A stretch of DNA of 64,000 nucleotides, taken from positions 22,904-86,903 of the forward strand of contig CAAEUE010000014.1 in the NCBI GenBank assembly GCA_900759015.1, read 5' to 3'. The notes under the pieces were generated by a model that ran no database searches, was not told where the DNA came from, and worked only from the letters and a program-made list of their open reading frames with translations. This DNA is from Clostridia bacterium. GTDB taxonomy: Bacteria; Bacillota; Clostridia; TANB77; CAG-508. Position 1 is the first letter of the stretch. Each line of letters begins with the position of its first letter. Made by a program: the position numbers and the translations under genes. Below are positions 18,737 to 27,553 of this stretch, piece after piece.

Positions 18737-21190
18737 ATGACATATAAATTTACAAATAGTGCTCAAAATGTTTTAGAGATTGCAAAAGAAATTGCAATAG
18801 AATTAGGACATAATTATATAGGAACAGAACATATATTGTATGGTTTAACAGAAGAGGAAAATGGTGTTGCAAGTAAAGTTTTAGAAAACCAAAATATAAA
18901 TTCTGAAAACGTATTAGAAGAAATAGAAAATTTAATAGGTAGAGATGAAGGAAGAACTATAACAAGTTTAGGTTTTACGCCAAGAACTAAAAGAGTGTTA
19001 GAAAATGCATTTTTAGAGGCAAGAAAACTAGACTCAGATTATATAGGAACAGAACATATTTTAATAGGAATAATGAGAGAAGCAGATAGTATTGCTGTGA
19101 GAATCTTATTAGATTTAGGAATTAATCCACAAAAATTATATAATGAAATAGTAAAAGTATTAGAAGAAGATGAAGATATAAACAGCAGTGATGGTTCTCA
19201 AAGTAGAAAAACAGGAAGTTTTAATTCTACACCAACATTAAATCAATATGGAACAGATCTAACTAAAAGTGCAAGTCTAGGAAAATTAGATCCTGTAATT
19301 GGAAGAAAGAATGAAATAGAAAGAGTTATCCAAATTCTTTCTAGAAGAACAAAAAATAATCCTTGTTTAATTGGTGAACCAGGTGTTGGTAAAACAGCTG
19401 TAGTAGAAGGATTAGCAGAAAAAATTGTTCAAGGCGATGTTCCAGAAATTTTAAAGGATAAAAGAGTTGTAACAATCGATTTGTCTAGTATGATTGCTGG
19501 TGCAAAATATAGAGGAGACTTCGAAGAAAGAATAAAGAAAGCTTTAAATGAAGTAAAAAAAGCCGGAGATGTAATTCTATTTATAGATGAGATTCATACA
19601 ATAGTAGGTGCAGGTTCAGCAGAAGGTGCTATAGATGCGGCAAATATTCTAAAACCTTTATTAGCAAGAGGTGAAATTCAATTAATTGGTGCTACAACTT
19701 TAAATGAATATAGAAAATATATAGAAAAAGACAGTGCTTTGGAAAGAAGATTTAGTCCTGTAACTGTTAATGAACCAACTCATGAAGAAACTGTAGAAAT
19801 CTTAAAGGGTATAAGAGATAAATACGAAGCTCATCATAATATAAAAATTACAGATGAAGCTATAAATGCAGCAGTAGAATTATCTAGCAGATATATTAAT
19901 GATAGATTTTTACCAGATAAAGCAATAGACTTAATAGATGAAGCTTCTTCAAAAATTAGATTATCTTCTTTAGAAGAGCCAGATAGTCTAAAAGAGATGG
20001 AAGAAAAAATAGAAAAGATGAATCAAGAAAAAGAAGCTGCTGTAAAAGTACAAAAATTTGAGAAGGCTGCTAAAATAAGAGATGAAGTAAATAAATTAAA
20101 AGAAGAGTTAGAAACAGAGAAAAATAAATGGAAAAGTAAAAAGACAAAAGCAATTCCAAAATTAACAGAAGAGGATATTGCTAAGACAATTGCAAGTTGG
20201 ACAGGAATTCCAGCAGCTAAAATAACTCAAGATGAAAATAAGAAATTAAAGAATTTAGATAAAGAATTGCATAAAAGAGTAATTGGTCAAAACGAAGCAG
20301 TAGAGGCAGTTGCAAAAGCGATAAGAAGAAGCAGAGTAGGACTTAAAAATCCTAATAGACCAATAGGTTCATTCTTATTCTTAGGACCAACAGGTGTTGG
20401 TAAAACAGAATTATCTAAAGCATTGGCAGAAAGCTTATTTGGTACAGAAGATGCCATGATAAGAATTGATATGTCAGAATTTATGGAACCACATTCTGTT
20501 GCTAAATTAATTGGTGCACCTCCAGGATATGTTGGCTTTGATGATGGTGGTCAATTAACAGAAAAAATAAGAAGAAAACCATATTCTGTAATATTGTTTG
20601 ATGAAATAGAAAAAGCACATCCAGATGTTATGAATATGTTATTACAAATTCTAGAAGATGGTAGATTAACAGACAGCCAAGGTAGAACAGTTAACTTTAA
20701 GAATACAGTAATAATTATGACATCAAATATTGGTGCAAGATTAATTACAGAGAAAAAATCTCTAGGATTTACAAATTCATCAGAAGAGGATGAAAATAAG
20801 GAATATGAAGAAATCAAGAAAAACGTAATGGCAGAATTAAAGAAACAATTAAGACCAGAATTTATAAATCGTATTGATGATATTATAGTATTCCATAAAT
20901 TAAATGATGATGAAATTAACAGTATTATAGACTTATTATTAAAGAATGTAGAACAAAGATTAGTAGAACAAGGTTTAAATATTAAAATTGATAAAACTGT
21001 TAAAGAGTTAATTGCAAAGAAAGGTGTAGATAAAGAATTCGGTGCTAGACCACTTCGTAGAGCAATACAAAATATTGTAGAAGACAAATTAGCAGAAGAA
21101 ATATTAGATGGAAATATTAAACCTGGGCTAGAGGCAAAATTAGTAGCAAAAGACGATAAAGTAGAGTTAAAAGTAAAAGCTACAAAATAA
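18737..21190 (+). CDS. clpC: ATP-dependent Clp protease ATP-binding subunit ClpC
   Basis: Two Clp N-repeats, AAA+ module 1 (GEPGVGKT), UVR linker, AAA+ module 2 (GPTGVGKT) and the ClpP-interaction region. Confidence 0.95.
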   Translation: MTYKFTNSAQNVLEIAKEIAIELGHNYIGTEHILYGLTEEENGVASKVLENQNINSENVLEEIENLIGRDEGRTITSLGFTPRTKRVLENAFLEARKLDSDYIGTEHILIGIMREADSIAVRILLDLGINPQKLYNEIVKVLEEDEDINSSDGSQSRKTGSFNSTPTLNQYGTDLTKSASLGKLDPVIGRKNEIERVIQILSRRTKNNPCLIGEPGVGKTAVVEGLAEKIVQGDVPEILKDKRVVTIDLSSMIAGAKYRGDFEERIKKALNEVKKAGDVILFIDEIHTIVGAGSAEGAIDAANILKPLLARGEIQLIGATTLNEYRKYIEKDSALERRFSPVTVNEPTHEETVEILKGIRDKYEAHHNIKITDEAINAAVELSSRYINDRFLPDKAIDLIDEASSKIRLSSLEEPDSLKEMEEKIEKMNQEKEAAVKVQKFEKAAKIRDEVNKLKEELETEKNKWKSKKTKAIPKLTEEDIAKTIASWTGIPAAKITQDENKKLKNLDKELHKRVIGQNEAVEAVAKAIRRSRVGLKNPNRPIGSFLFLGPTGVGKTELSKALAESLFGTEDAMIRIDMSEFMEPHSVAKLIGAPPGYVGFDDGGQLTEKIRRKPYSVILFDEIEKAHPDVMNMLLQILEDGRLTDSQGRTVNFKNTVIIMTSNIGARLITEKKSLGFTNSSEEDENKEYEEIKKNVMAELKKQLRPEFINRIDDIIVFHKLNDDEINSIIDLLLKNVEQRLVEQGLNIKIDKTVKELIAKKGVDKEFGARPLRRAIQNIVEDKLAEEILDGNIKPGLEAKLVAKDDKVELKVKATK

Positions 21191-21195
21191 TAAAA

Positions 21196-21318
21196 TAGGG
21201 ATTTTAGGGCGTCCTGAGAAAAAAGAAATTTCGGGATTTGGGAACGTTCCTCAAATCCCTTTTTTGGGGCGCATCAAAAAAATATGAGGACGTTCTTCAA
21301 ATCCAGATTTTTTGAATG
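21196..21318. repeat. cluster of GGGACG-loop palindromic repeats (3-4 units)
   Basis: tagggattttagggcgtcctg, cgggatttgggaacgttcctcaaatccc, ggggcgcatc...gaggacgttcttcaaatcc. Confidence 0.7.
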
Positions 21319-21377
21319 TATAAAGTGGAATTAAATTAATACATTAGGTATACATAAGTTTGCAAAGAAAAATAAAA

Positions 21378-21410
21378 TATGCTAAAATTTATCTGTAGCA
21401 AAGTTGAAGT
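21378..21410 (+). promoter_or_regulatory. promoter of the 21456 gene (TTGCAA-17-TAAAAT with TGC extension)
   Basis: ttgcaaagaaaaataaaatatgctaaaat. Near-identical architecture upstream of the 22822 gene. Confidence 0.45.
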
Positions 21411-21455
21411 TAGTGTAAGACTCATCAAATGTAATGAGCATCAGAAAGGAACAGT

Positions 21456-21971
21456 ATGGAGAAAAAAGGAGAATTAAAAAATTGCAAAATATTCAACAAG
21501 AAAGGACGGGTTTTAGGTAGGCTACAAACTGAAGAAATAATGCCTATTATAGTTGTAGGCAAGAATGAGTCGGAAGATATAATTTATAGGGAAGGATTAT
21601 ATTTTCCAAAAACTAGAATCTTTCAAACACGATTTTCAGATGAAGACGAGTTCTTAAAAGAAGAGTATACAATCTCATCATTAGCTAAAATTGAACCATT
21701 AAATTTTGGTATTACGAGTCTGAAAAAATTTACTTTTTATTCTGCAGTTGGTGAAGAAATTGAAGAAGCATTTGTTGATTGGGCAAGACTAGTTTACTAT
21801 GTAATGAAGCATCCAGAAGAAAAAGAAAAGATTATTAGAATAGCTGGAGTATTATTAGAACCATGTTCACCAATTTTTAAAATCCATGTGAAGCTGGAAA
21901 ATGTAAAAGACAAAGGTTTTATATATCGAGAGCATGAATTTTATGAATTATCATCAAAGTATGATGAGTAA
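21456..21971 (+). CDS. hypothetical protein, 171 aa; N-terminal LKNCKIF..GR motif shared with the 22822 gene; higher-GC islet
   Basis: ORF with elevated GC and its own promoter. Paralogous N-terminal ~50 aa block. Confidence 0.55.
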   Translation: MEKKGELKNCKIFNKKGRVLGRLQTEEIMPIIVVGKNESEDIIYREGLYFPKTRIFQTRFSDEDEFLKEEYTISSLAKIEPLNFGITSLKKFTFYSAVGEEIEEAFVDWARLVYYVMKHPEEKEKIIRIAGVLLEPCSPIFKIHVKLENVKDKGFIYREHEFYELSSKYDE

Positions 21972-22009
21972 TAGTAACGTAAAAACCAATTTTAAATTGT
22001 GGAGGTATT

Positions 22010-22597
22010 ATGAGGCTATTTATTAATAAAGGAATATGCAAGCGGAAATGGAATGGTAATGTAAGTGTTCGTCAAAAAGATGGAATAGTTACATTACGTA
22101 TTCCAGATTATAACAAAGAGACCAACAGAGAACCATATGTGGAATTTGTAATTCCAAATGTAAAAAGAAAAATGCTAAAAACAAATCGATGGATTTATAA
22201 TTTGGTCTTGAAAGAAATTACAGAAAACCGTATAGTTTTTGAGGAGGAATATGATCCATGTACTGGTGAGATTTATGCCATTGTAAGGTCAACAGAAGCT
22301 GTACCGGATGATGTTTTTATTCCAAAAGCCAAAAAGAATAAGGTAAAGGTAATAAGGCGACTTCGATTTGTAGATGGAGAATGTGACCTTGGTGACTTTT
22401 TGTCCAATGTTTATTTTATAAGAATAAAATTGGACAGAAAAGAGAAGTTACCATTATACTTAACTTATGAGGATTCAAAGAACCTTCGGAAAGCAATAGT
22501 ATTTGCAAGAAATGCAGAAGGAATGTGGAATGCCAATATAGAGCTAAAAAAAGTCAGCAATACAGAAGGCAAATATATATCGCTTTCTAAAATTTAA
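22010..22597 (+). CDS. hypothetical basic protein, 195 aa, higher-GC islet
   Basis: RBS GGAGG 7 nt upstream. No recognisable motif. Confidence 0.55.
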   Translation: MRLFINKGICKRKWNGNVSVRQKDGIVTLRIPDYNKETNREPYVEFVIPNVKRKMLKTNRWIYNLVLKEITENRIVFEEEYDPCTGEIYAIVRSTEAVPDDVFIPKAKKNKVKVIRRLRFVDGECDLGDFLSNVYFIRIKLDRKEKLPLYLTYEDSKNLRKAIVFARNAEGMWNANIELKKVSNTEGKYISLSKI

Positions 22598-22739
22598 TAT
22601 TGTTTCAAAAAGAGTAGGAGGACATTTTTATTATGATGTTCTTCTATTCTTTTTAGTTGAAATAAAGCATAAAATATATTTAATTAATATGATATTACAA
22701 TTCATGAATTATTCAATATTTGAAATTAAAGTAAATATG

Positions 22740-22770
22740 TGCTAAAATTGTACTGCAAAAAATGTACAAA
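22740..22770 (+). promoter_or_regulatory. promoter of the 22822 gene (TTGAAA-17-TAAAAT with TGTGC extension)
   Basis: ttgaaattaaagtaaatatgtgctaaaat. Confidence 0.45.
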
Positions 22771-22821
22771 GAAGATGTAAACTTGCTAAATGTAGCGAGG
22801 AACTAAGAAAGGAGAAACAAC

Positions 22822-23271
22822 ATGAGAAAACTTAAAAATTGTAAGATTTTTGATCTGTATGGACGGAGGATGCAAGAGGAGGAAAATCCACATTTTGTAG
22901 TAGTTGTTGCAGATGTGGAAGATGACAAGACAATATGTGAGTATGGAATTCTGAATAAGGACAAGTTTGAGCAATCTGATGAGGTAGTATATGACATTGA
23001 ATCTTTTGCAGAAATGCCGGCGACGGATTCAACCATAAAAGAAAGGGGTTGTATTTTTTGTGCAGCAATGCCAAAGAGTTCAAAAACTACTATTCCGACA
23101 TGGCCTATGTTTGTGAAATATAAATCAGATAGCACAAATGTAGATGACGAAGAGGTTTCAATTGTCTGCGTATCCGAAGAGAGGGTTCAAGTGTTGAAAA
23201 CAAAACTTTCGGAGACCAACGATGCTGGCTTTAAAGTTGGAGACAGTTTCTACAGAGTTGGTGTAATGTAA
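22822..23271 (+). CDS. hypothetical protein, 149 aa, paralogous N-terminus (MRKLKNCKIFDLYGRR), higher-GC islet
   Basis: RBS AAAGGAG. N-terminal block aligns with the 21456 product. Confidence 0.55.
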   Translation: MRKLKNCKIFDLYGRRMQEEENPHFVVVVADVEDDKTICEYGILNKDKFEQSDEVVYDIESFAEMPATDSTIKERGCIFCAAMPKSSKTTIPTWPMFVKYKSDSTNVDDEEVSIVCVSEERVQVLKTKLSETNDAGFKVGDSFYRVGVM

Positions 23272-23310
23272 GCAAAATTTAAAATCTGAGATTTTTTTGC
23301 AGTAATAAAA

Positions 23311-23352
23311 AAACAGCCCGCGCTTTTATCACAAAGCACGAGCTGTTTTTTA
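23311..23352. terminator. bidirectional terminator (islet / dapB)
   Basis: cagcccgcgc...gcacgagctg stem with T-run. Unusually GC-rich. Confidence 0.6.
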
Positions 23353-24102
23353 TTTATTATTAATTAAATCATTCATATTATACATTCCATTATCTTTATT
23401 AACTATGTATTTAGCAGCCATAACAGCACCATTTGCAAAAACAGTTCTAGAATAACATTTATGTGTTATTTCTAAAGTCTCATGTTCACCAAAGAATTGT
23501 ACTGTATGTTCACCTACGATATTTCCACCTCTAATAGAAGAAAATCCGATTTCTAATTTATTTCTTTTTTCATGTTTATTGTGTCTGTCAAATTCATAAA
23601 CCATCTTGTTATCTTTAGCTTCATTAATGCTATCTGCTAAGAATAAAGCTGTTCCACTTGGGCTATCTATTTTTCTATTATGATGAGTTTCTATAATTTC
23701 TATATCAGTATCTGGCAATTCTTTAGCTAAAGATGCTACAATTTTTGCCATTAAATTTATATCATATGACATATTAGCAGATTTAAAAACAGGAATATCT
23801 TTTGAATAATTTTCTATTTCATTTAATTGTTCTTCTGTAAATCCAGTTGTTGCAATAACTATAGGAACATGATTTTCCTTAGCATATTTTAGGATATTTA
23901 AAGTAGCAACTGGAACAGAAAAATCAATTATAACATCTGGCTTTTCTTCTATGTCTGAAGTATTTGTATAAACTGGATATGTATAAATTCCAGTATTTTC
24001 TTTATCAACACCACCAAGAAGTAAAATATCTTTATCATTATCTATTACATTTGCAACTTCTTGTCCCATTTTACCATTTATTCCATTTATTAATACTTTC
24101 AT
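23350..24102 (-). CDS. dapB: 4-hydroxy-tetrahydrodipicolinate reductase
   Basis: N-terminal Rossmann GxxGxMG and the EIIETHHNRKIDSPSGTA motif. Confidence 0.9.
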   Translation of the reverse strand: MKVLINGINGKMGQEVANVIDNDKDILLLGGVDKENTGIYTYPVYTNTSDIEEKPDVIIDFSVPVATLNILKYAKENHVPIVIATTGFTEEQLNEIENYSKDIPVFKSANMSYDINLMAKIVASLAKELPDTDIEIIETHHNRKIDSPSGTALFLADSINEAKDNKMVYEFDRHNKHEKRNKLEIGFSSIRGGNIVGEHTVQFFGEHETLEITHKCYSRTVFANGAVMAAKYIVNKDNGMYNMNDLINNK

Positions 24103-24145
24103 TTAATTTGATCCTTTCTATATCGCCAAAGGTAAATAAAACTAA

Positions 24146-24688
24146 TTAAAATCTTACAAACAAAATTGTTAAAAAGATATAAGCATATCTATAAACCATT
24201 TTTAGCTTGTATTTCTTATTTAAATATTTAAAAAATTCAACTGTAGCACAATATTTGTCTACAAATGTAACTATGTAACTTTCTTTATATTTAGGCAATT
24301 TTATAGTTAAAGGCCACATATGTTTTACTATTACATCTTTTTCTAAATCATTTAAAGTGAAATTTTTTAAAGAATTTTCTAAAGCGATTTTAGGATGAGA
24401 AAAAGCATGTAGTTCTTTAAATGAATTAACCTTTCTATGTTCATGCCAATCATATAAAAAGAAATCATGAAGCATAGCAGCACGAGCTGCTGAAAAATAA
24501 TCTAATTTAAATTTTTTACATATTAAATAAGTATAATATGCAACATGCAAGCAGTGGTTATAACATGACGTGCTAGAATGTTGCATATAATTGTTCATTT
24601 CTTTTACCTTTTCATTTAAGCGAATATCATTTATTATATTTTTAAATTCTAAATAATTTTCTTCATTTTTTAATTTTTTAAAAAACAT
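24146..24688 (-). CDS. HD-domain phosphohydrolase-like protein (180 aa)
   Basis: H...HCLHVAY...AMLHDF pattern. Lies between dapA and dapB. Confidence 0.55.
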   Translation of the reverse strand: MFFKKLKNEENYLEFKNIINDIRLNEKVKEMNNYMQHSSTSCYNHCLHVAYYTYLICKKFKLDYFSAARAAMLHDFFLYDWHEHRKVNSFKELHAFSHPKIALENSLKNFTLNDLEKDVIVKHMWPLTIKLPKYKESYIVTFVDKYCATVEFFKYLNKKYKLKMVYRYAYIFLTILFVRF

Positions 24689-24780
24689 TTATTCACATCC
24701 CATATTATTTTTTTTACTTCTATATATATTATATCATGTGAGATATATTATGTGAATAAAGTTAATTAAATCTTAACAAT

Positions 24781-25665
24781 TTAAATTAATCCAAAATTTT
24801 TTAAAGAAGTTCTTAATTTTTCTTGATTTTTTTCAGATAATCTAACTAGTGGAAGTCTAGGAACTCCGAAATTGTATCCCATCATATTTAAAGCTTCTTT
24901 TACAGGGATAGGATTAACTTCACAGAATAAGCTGCCTACCAAATCTATTGCATCTAATTGCATTTGTGTGGCTTCTGTAATATTTCCATCAAAGAAATTT
25001 TGAACCATCTCATGTGTGTATTTTGGTGCAACATTTGAAAGAACAGATATAACACCAAGTCCGCCTAAAGATAGAATTGGAACGATTTGGTCATCATTTC
25101 CAGAATAAATATGTAAATTATCTTTACATAGTGCTGCAATTTTAGCAACTTGTGAGATATTACCACTAGCTTCTTTTACAGCTACAATATTTGGTATTTT
25201 AGAAAGTTCTAAACAAGTTTCTGGAGTGATGTTTACACCAGTTCTACTAGATACACTGTATACAATTATAGGTAAAGATGTAGAATTAGCTATTGCTTTG
25301 TAATGTTCTACTAAACCTGCCTGTGTTGTTTTATTATAATATGGTGTTACAACTAACAAAGCATCTGCACCAACAGATTCTGCGTATTTTGACATTTCTA
25401 TTGCAGAAGCAGTATTATTAGAACCTGTTCCAGCAATTACAGGAATTCTACCATTAACTTTATCTATAGCATATTTAATGGTATCTTTTTTTTCTTTTTC
25501 TGTCATTGTAGAAGATTCGCCAGTAGTACCACATACTATAATACTATCAACACCTTCTGAAATTTGGAATTCTATTAATTTTCCAAACTCTTCAAAATTT
25601 ACGCCATCATTTGTAAATGGTGTGGAGATGGCAGTACCACAACCTTTAAAAATAATTTTTTTCAT
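24781..25665 (-). CDS. dapA: 4-hydroxy-tetrahydrodipicolinate synthase
   Basis: TPF...GTTGES...Schiff-base Lys region and a TIM-barrel DapA signature. Confidence 0.9.
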   Translation of the reverse strand: MKKIIFKGCGTAISTPFTNDGVNFEEFGKLIEFQISEGVDSIIVCGTTGESSTMTEKEKKDTIKYAIDKVNGRIPVIAGTGSNNTASAIEMSKYAESVGADALLVVTPYYNKTTQAGLVEHYKAIANSTSLPIIVYSVSSRTGVNITPETCLELSKIPNIVAVKEASGNISQVAKIAALCKDNLHIYSGNDDQIVPILSLGGLGVISVLSNVAPKYTHEMVQNFFDGNITEATQMQLDAIDLVGSLFCEVNPIPVKEALNMMGYNFGVPRLPLVRLSEKNQEKLRTSLKNFGLI

Positions 25666-25817
25666 AATAACATCTCCTATAGAGATTTTTTAGCATATAT
25701 AATTATATGTAGCTATTTTCTATGTTATTATATGATATAATTTATAAAAAATAAATAATTTCTGGAAAATATCTAAAAAATACTATATAATTATTACTAG
25801 ATAAAAGGAGGAGAATA

Positions 25818-26261
25818 ATGACTGCATCTCAAGAAGATTATTTAAAATCAATATATATATTAATATTACATAAAAATGAAGCAAGAGTTACAGATATTGC
25901 TGACTACTTACAAGTTAGTAAAGCAAGTGTAAATAGAGCGTTAAAATCTTTAAAAGAGCTAGGACTTGTGGATTATGAAACATATGGAGAGATAAAATTA
26001 ACAGAAAAGGGAAAAGAAGAAGCTACTAACATTATTAAAAAACATAATGTTTTAAAAGCGTTTTTAATTCAAATTTTAAATGTTAATAACGAAACAGCAG
26101 AAGAAGAAGCAAAAAAAATGAAACATGCTATTTCTGAAGATACTGTAAATAAATTTTCTGATTATATTAAAAGCATTATAAAAGTTGATGAATTAAAATG
26201 TAACTATAGTCCAGAAAATGAAAGATGTCAAAATTGTATAAAATTAAAAAAGAAAAAATAA
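25818..26261 (+). CDS. DtxR/MntR-family metal-dependent transcriptional regulator
   Basis: SQEDYLKSIYIL...VTDIADYLQVSKASVNRALKSL winged helix plus a metal-binding helix. Confidence 0.8.
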   Translation: MTASQEDYLKSIYILILHKNEARVTDIADYLQVSKASVNRALKSLKELGLVDYETYGEIKLTEKGKEEATNIIKKHNVLKAFLIQILNVNNETAEEEAKKMKHAISEDTVNKFSDYIKSIIKVDELKCNYSPENERCQNCIKLKKKK

Positions 26262-26306
26262 TCGCAAATGTGTTTTGCGATTATTTTTAGCACTAAAAAA
26301 TTTAGA

Positions 26307-26408
26307 AGGGAAAAAAGGACCGTCCCCGAATCCCTGGAAACCTCCCAAATCCCTGGAAACCTCCCAAATCCCTGGAAACGTCCCCAAACCCTTGGAACGT
26401 CCCAAAAA
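26307..26408. repeat. GGGACG-family repeat followed by 4 tandem ~19-bp units (aatccctggaaacctccca)
   Basis: agggaaaaaaggaccgtccccgaatccc then four contiguous units of 19, 19, 20 and 19 bp. There are no spacers, so this is not a CRISPR. Confidence 0.75.
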
Positions 26409-27401
26409 CTATTTTTCTATCATTTTTTCTACTATTTGTATTGCATTTGATGCTGCACCTTTTCGTATATTATCAGCGACTACCCAAAGATTTACACCAT
26501 TTTCTACACTAAAATCTCTTCTAATTCTTCCTACAAAAACTTCATCATGCCCATTTGCATTTGTAGCTAGAGGATAAAGCTCTGAAGAAATATCATCTTG
26601 AACGATTATTCCTTCAAAATTTTTAAGTGTTTCTACTAATTCAGAAAGTTCAAATGGCTTTTCAAATTCAACATTTATAGATTCACTATGTGAATTTTCT
26701 ACTGGAACCCTAACTGTAGTTGCAGTTATTCTTAAATCGGGTTTCTTTAAAATTTTTCTTGTTTCATTTATCATTTTCATTTCTTCTTTGGTATAACCAT
26801 TTTCTGTGAATACATCTATATGTGGCAAACAATTATTATAAATTGGGTATGGGAATTTTTCTAATTTATTAATTCCTTTTCTACCATTTTCTAAATCATT
26901 TAAGCCTTTTTGACCTGCTCCAGAAACAGCTTGGTATGTAGAATATACAATTCTTTTTATTGTATATTTATCATCTAAAGCTTTTAATGGTAAAACCGCT
27001 TGTATAGTAGAGCAATTTGGATTTGCAATTATTCCATGATTATTTTTAATTTCTTCTGGATTAACCTCTGGTACAACTAATGGTACGTCTTTATCCATTC
27101 TAAATGCACTACTATTGTCTACTACAATACAACCTTTTGAGGCTGCAATTGGAGCATATTTTTTAGATGTCTCGCCACCAGCAGAAAATATTGCAAAGTC
27201 AAATCCCTCATCAAAAGAGTGTTCAGTTAATTCTTTTACAACATATTCTTTATTCATAAATGTAACTTTTTTGCCAGCAGATTTATTTGAGGCAAATAAA
27301 ACATATTCACTAATTGGTAGATTTTTTTCTTCTAATACTTTTAGTGCAGTTCTACCTACTACACCTGTAGCACCTACAATTGCTAATTTGTAATTTTTCA
27401 T
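26409..27401 (-). CDS. asd: aspartate-semialdehyde dehydrogenase
   Basis: MKNYKLAIVGATGVVG NAD fold, active-site Cys (NPNCSTI) and His. RBS GAGGTG before the ATG at 27401. Confidence 0.9.
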   Translation of the reverse strand: MKNYKLAIVGATGVVGRTALKVLEEKNLPISEYVLFASNKSAGKKVTFMNKEYVVKELTEHSFDEGFDFAIFSAGGETSKKYAPIAASKGCIVVDNSSAFRMDKDVPLVVPEVNPEEIKNNHGIIANPNCSTIQAVLPLKALDDKYTIKRIVYSTYQAVSGAGQKGLNDLENGRKGINKLEKFPYPIYNNCLPHIDVFTENGYTKEEMKMINETRKILKKPDLRITATTVRVPVENSHSESINVEFEKPFELSELVETLKNFEGIIVQDDISSELYPLATNANGHDEVFVGRIRRDFSVENGVNLWVVADNIRKGAASNAIQIVEKMIEK

Positions 27402-27553
27402 ATTAAGCACCTCGGCTTTAAATAGTAACAAGAATTATATTTATAATTTCTTATAGTACATATTATATTCTAAACAATAAAAAAATGCTAGTTAAAACTA
27501 ACAAATATATGATAGAATATTGTCGAAATACAAAAGACATAGGAGGGGATTAA

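Noticed and set aside
22803-23135. Minus-strand ORFs overlapping the 22822-23271 gene
   Set aside because: The plus-strand gene has an RBS, a promoter and a paralogue (21456). The minus-strand frames have no translation signals.
25666-25817. Lysine (L-box) riboswitch upstream of dapA, or of asd
   Set aside because: The leaders are too short and AT-rich. None of the conserved L-box helices or the GAGGCGC motif were seen.
26330-26408. Possible CRISPR array (regular short repeats)
   Set aside because: The units are contiguous with no unique spacers, there are only 4 copies and they derive from the intergenic repeat family. No cas genes are nearby.
26268-26577. ORF-track proteins 26268-26450 and 26275-26577
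   Set aside because: They translate the tandem repeat array and the antisense strand of the asd 3' end, and have no RBS.
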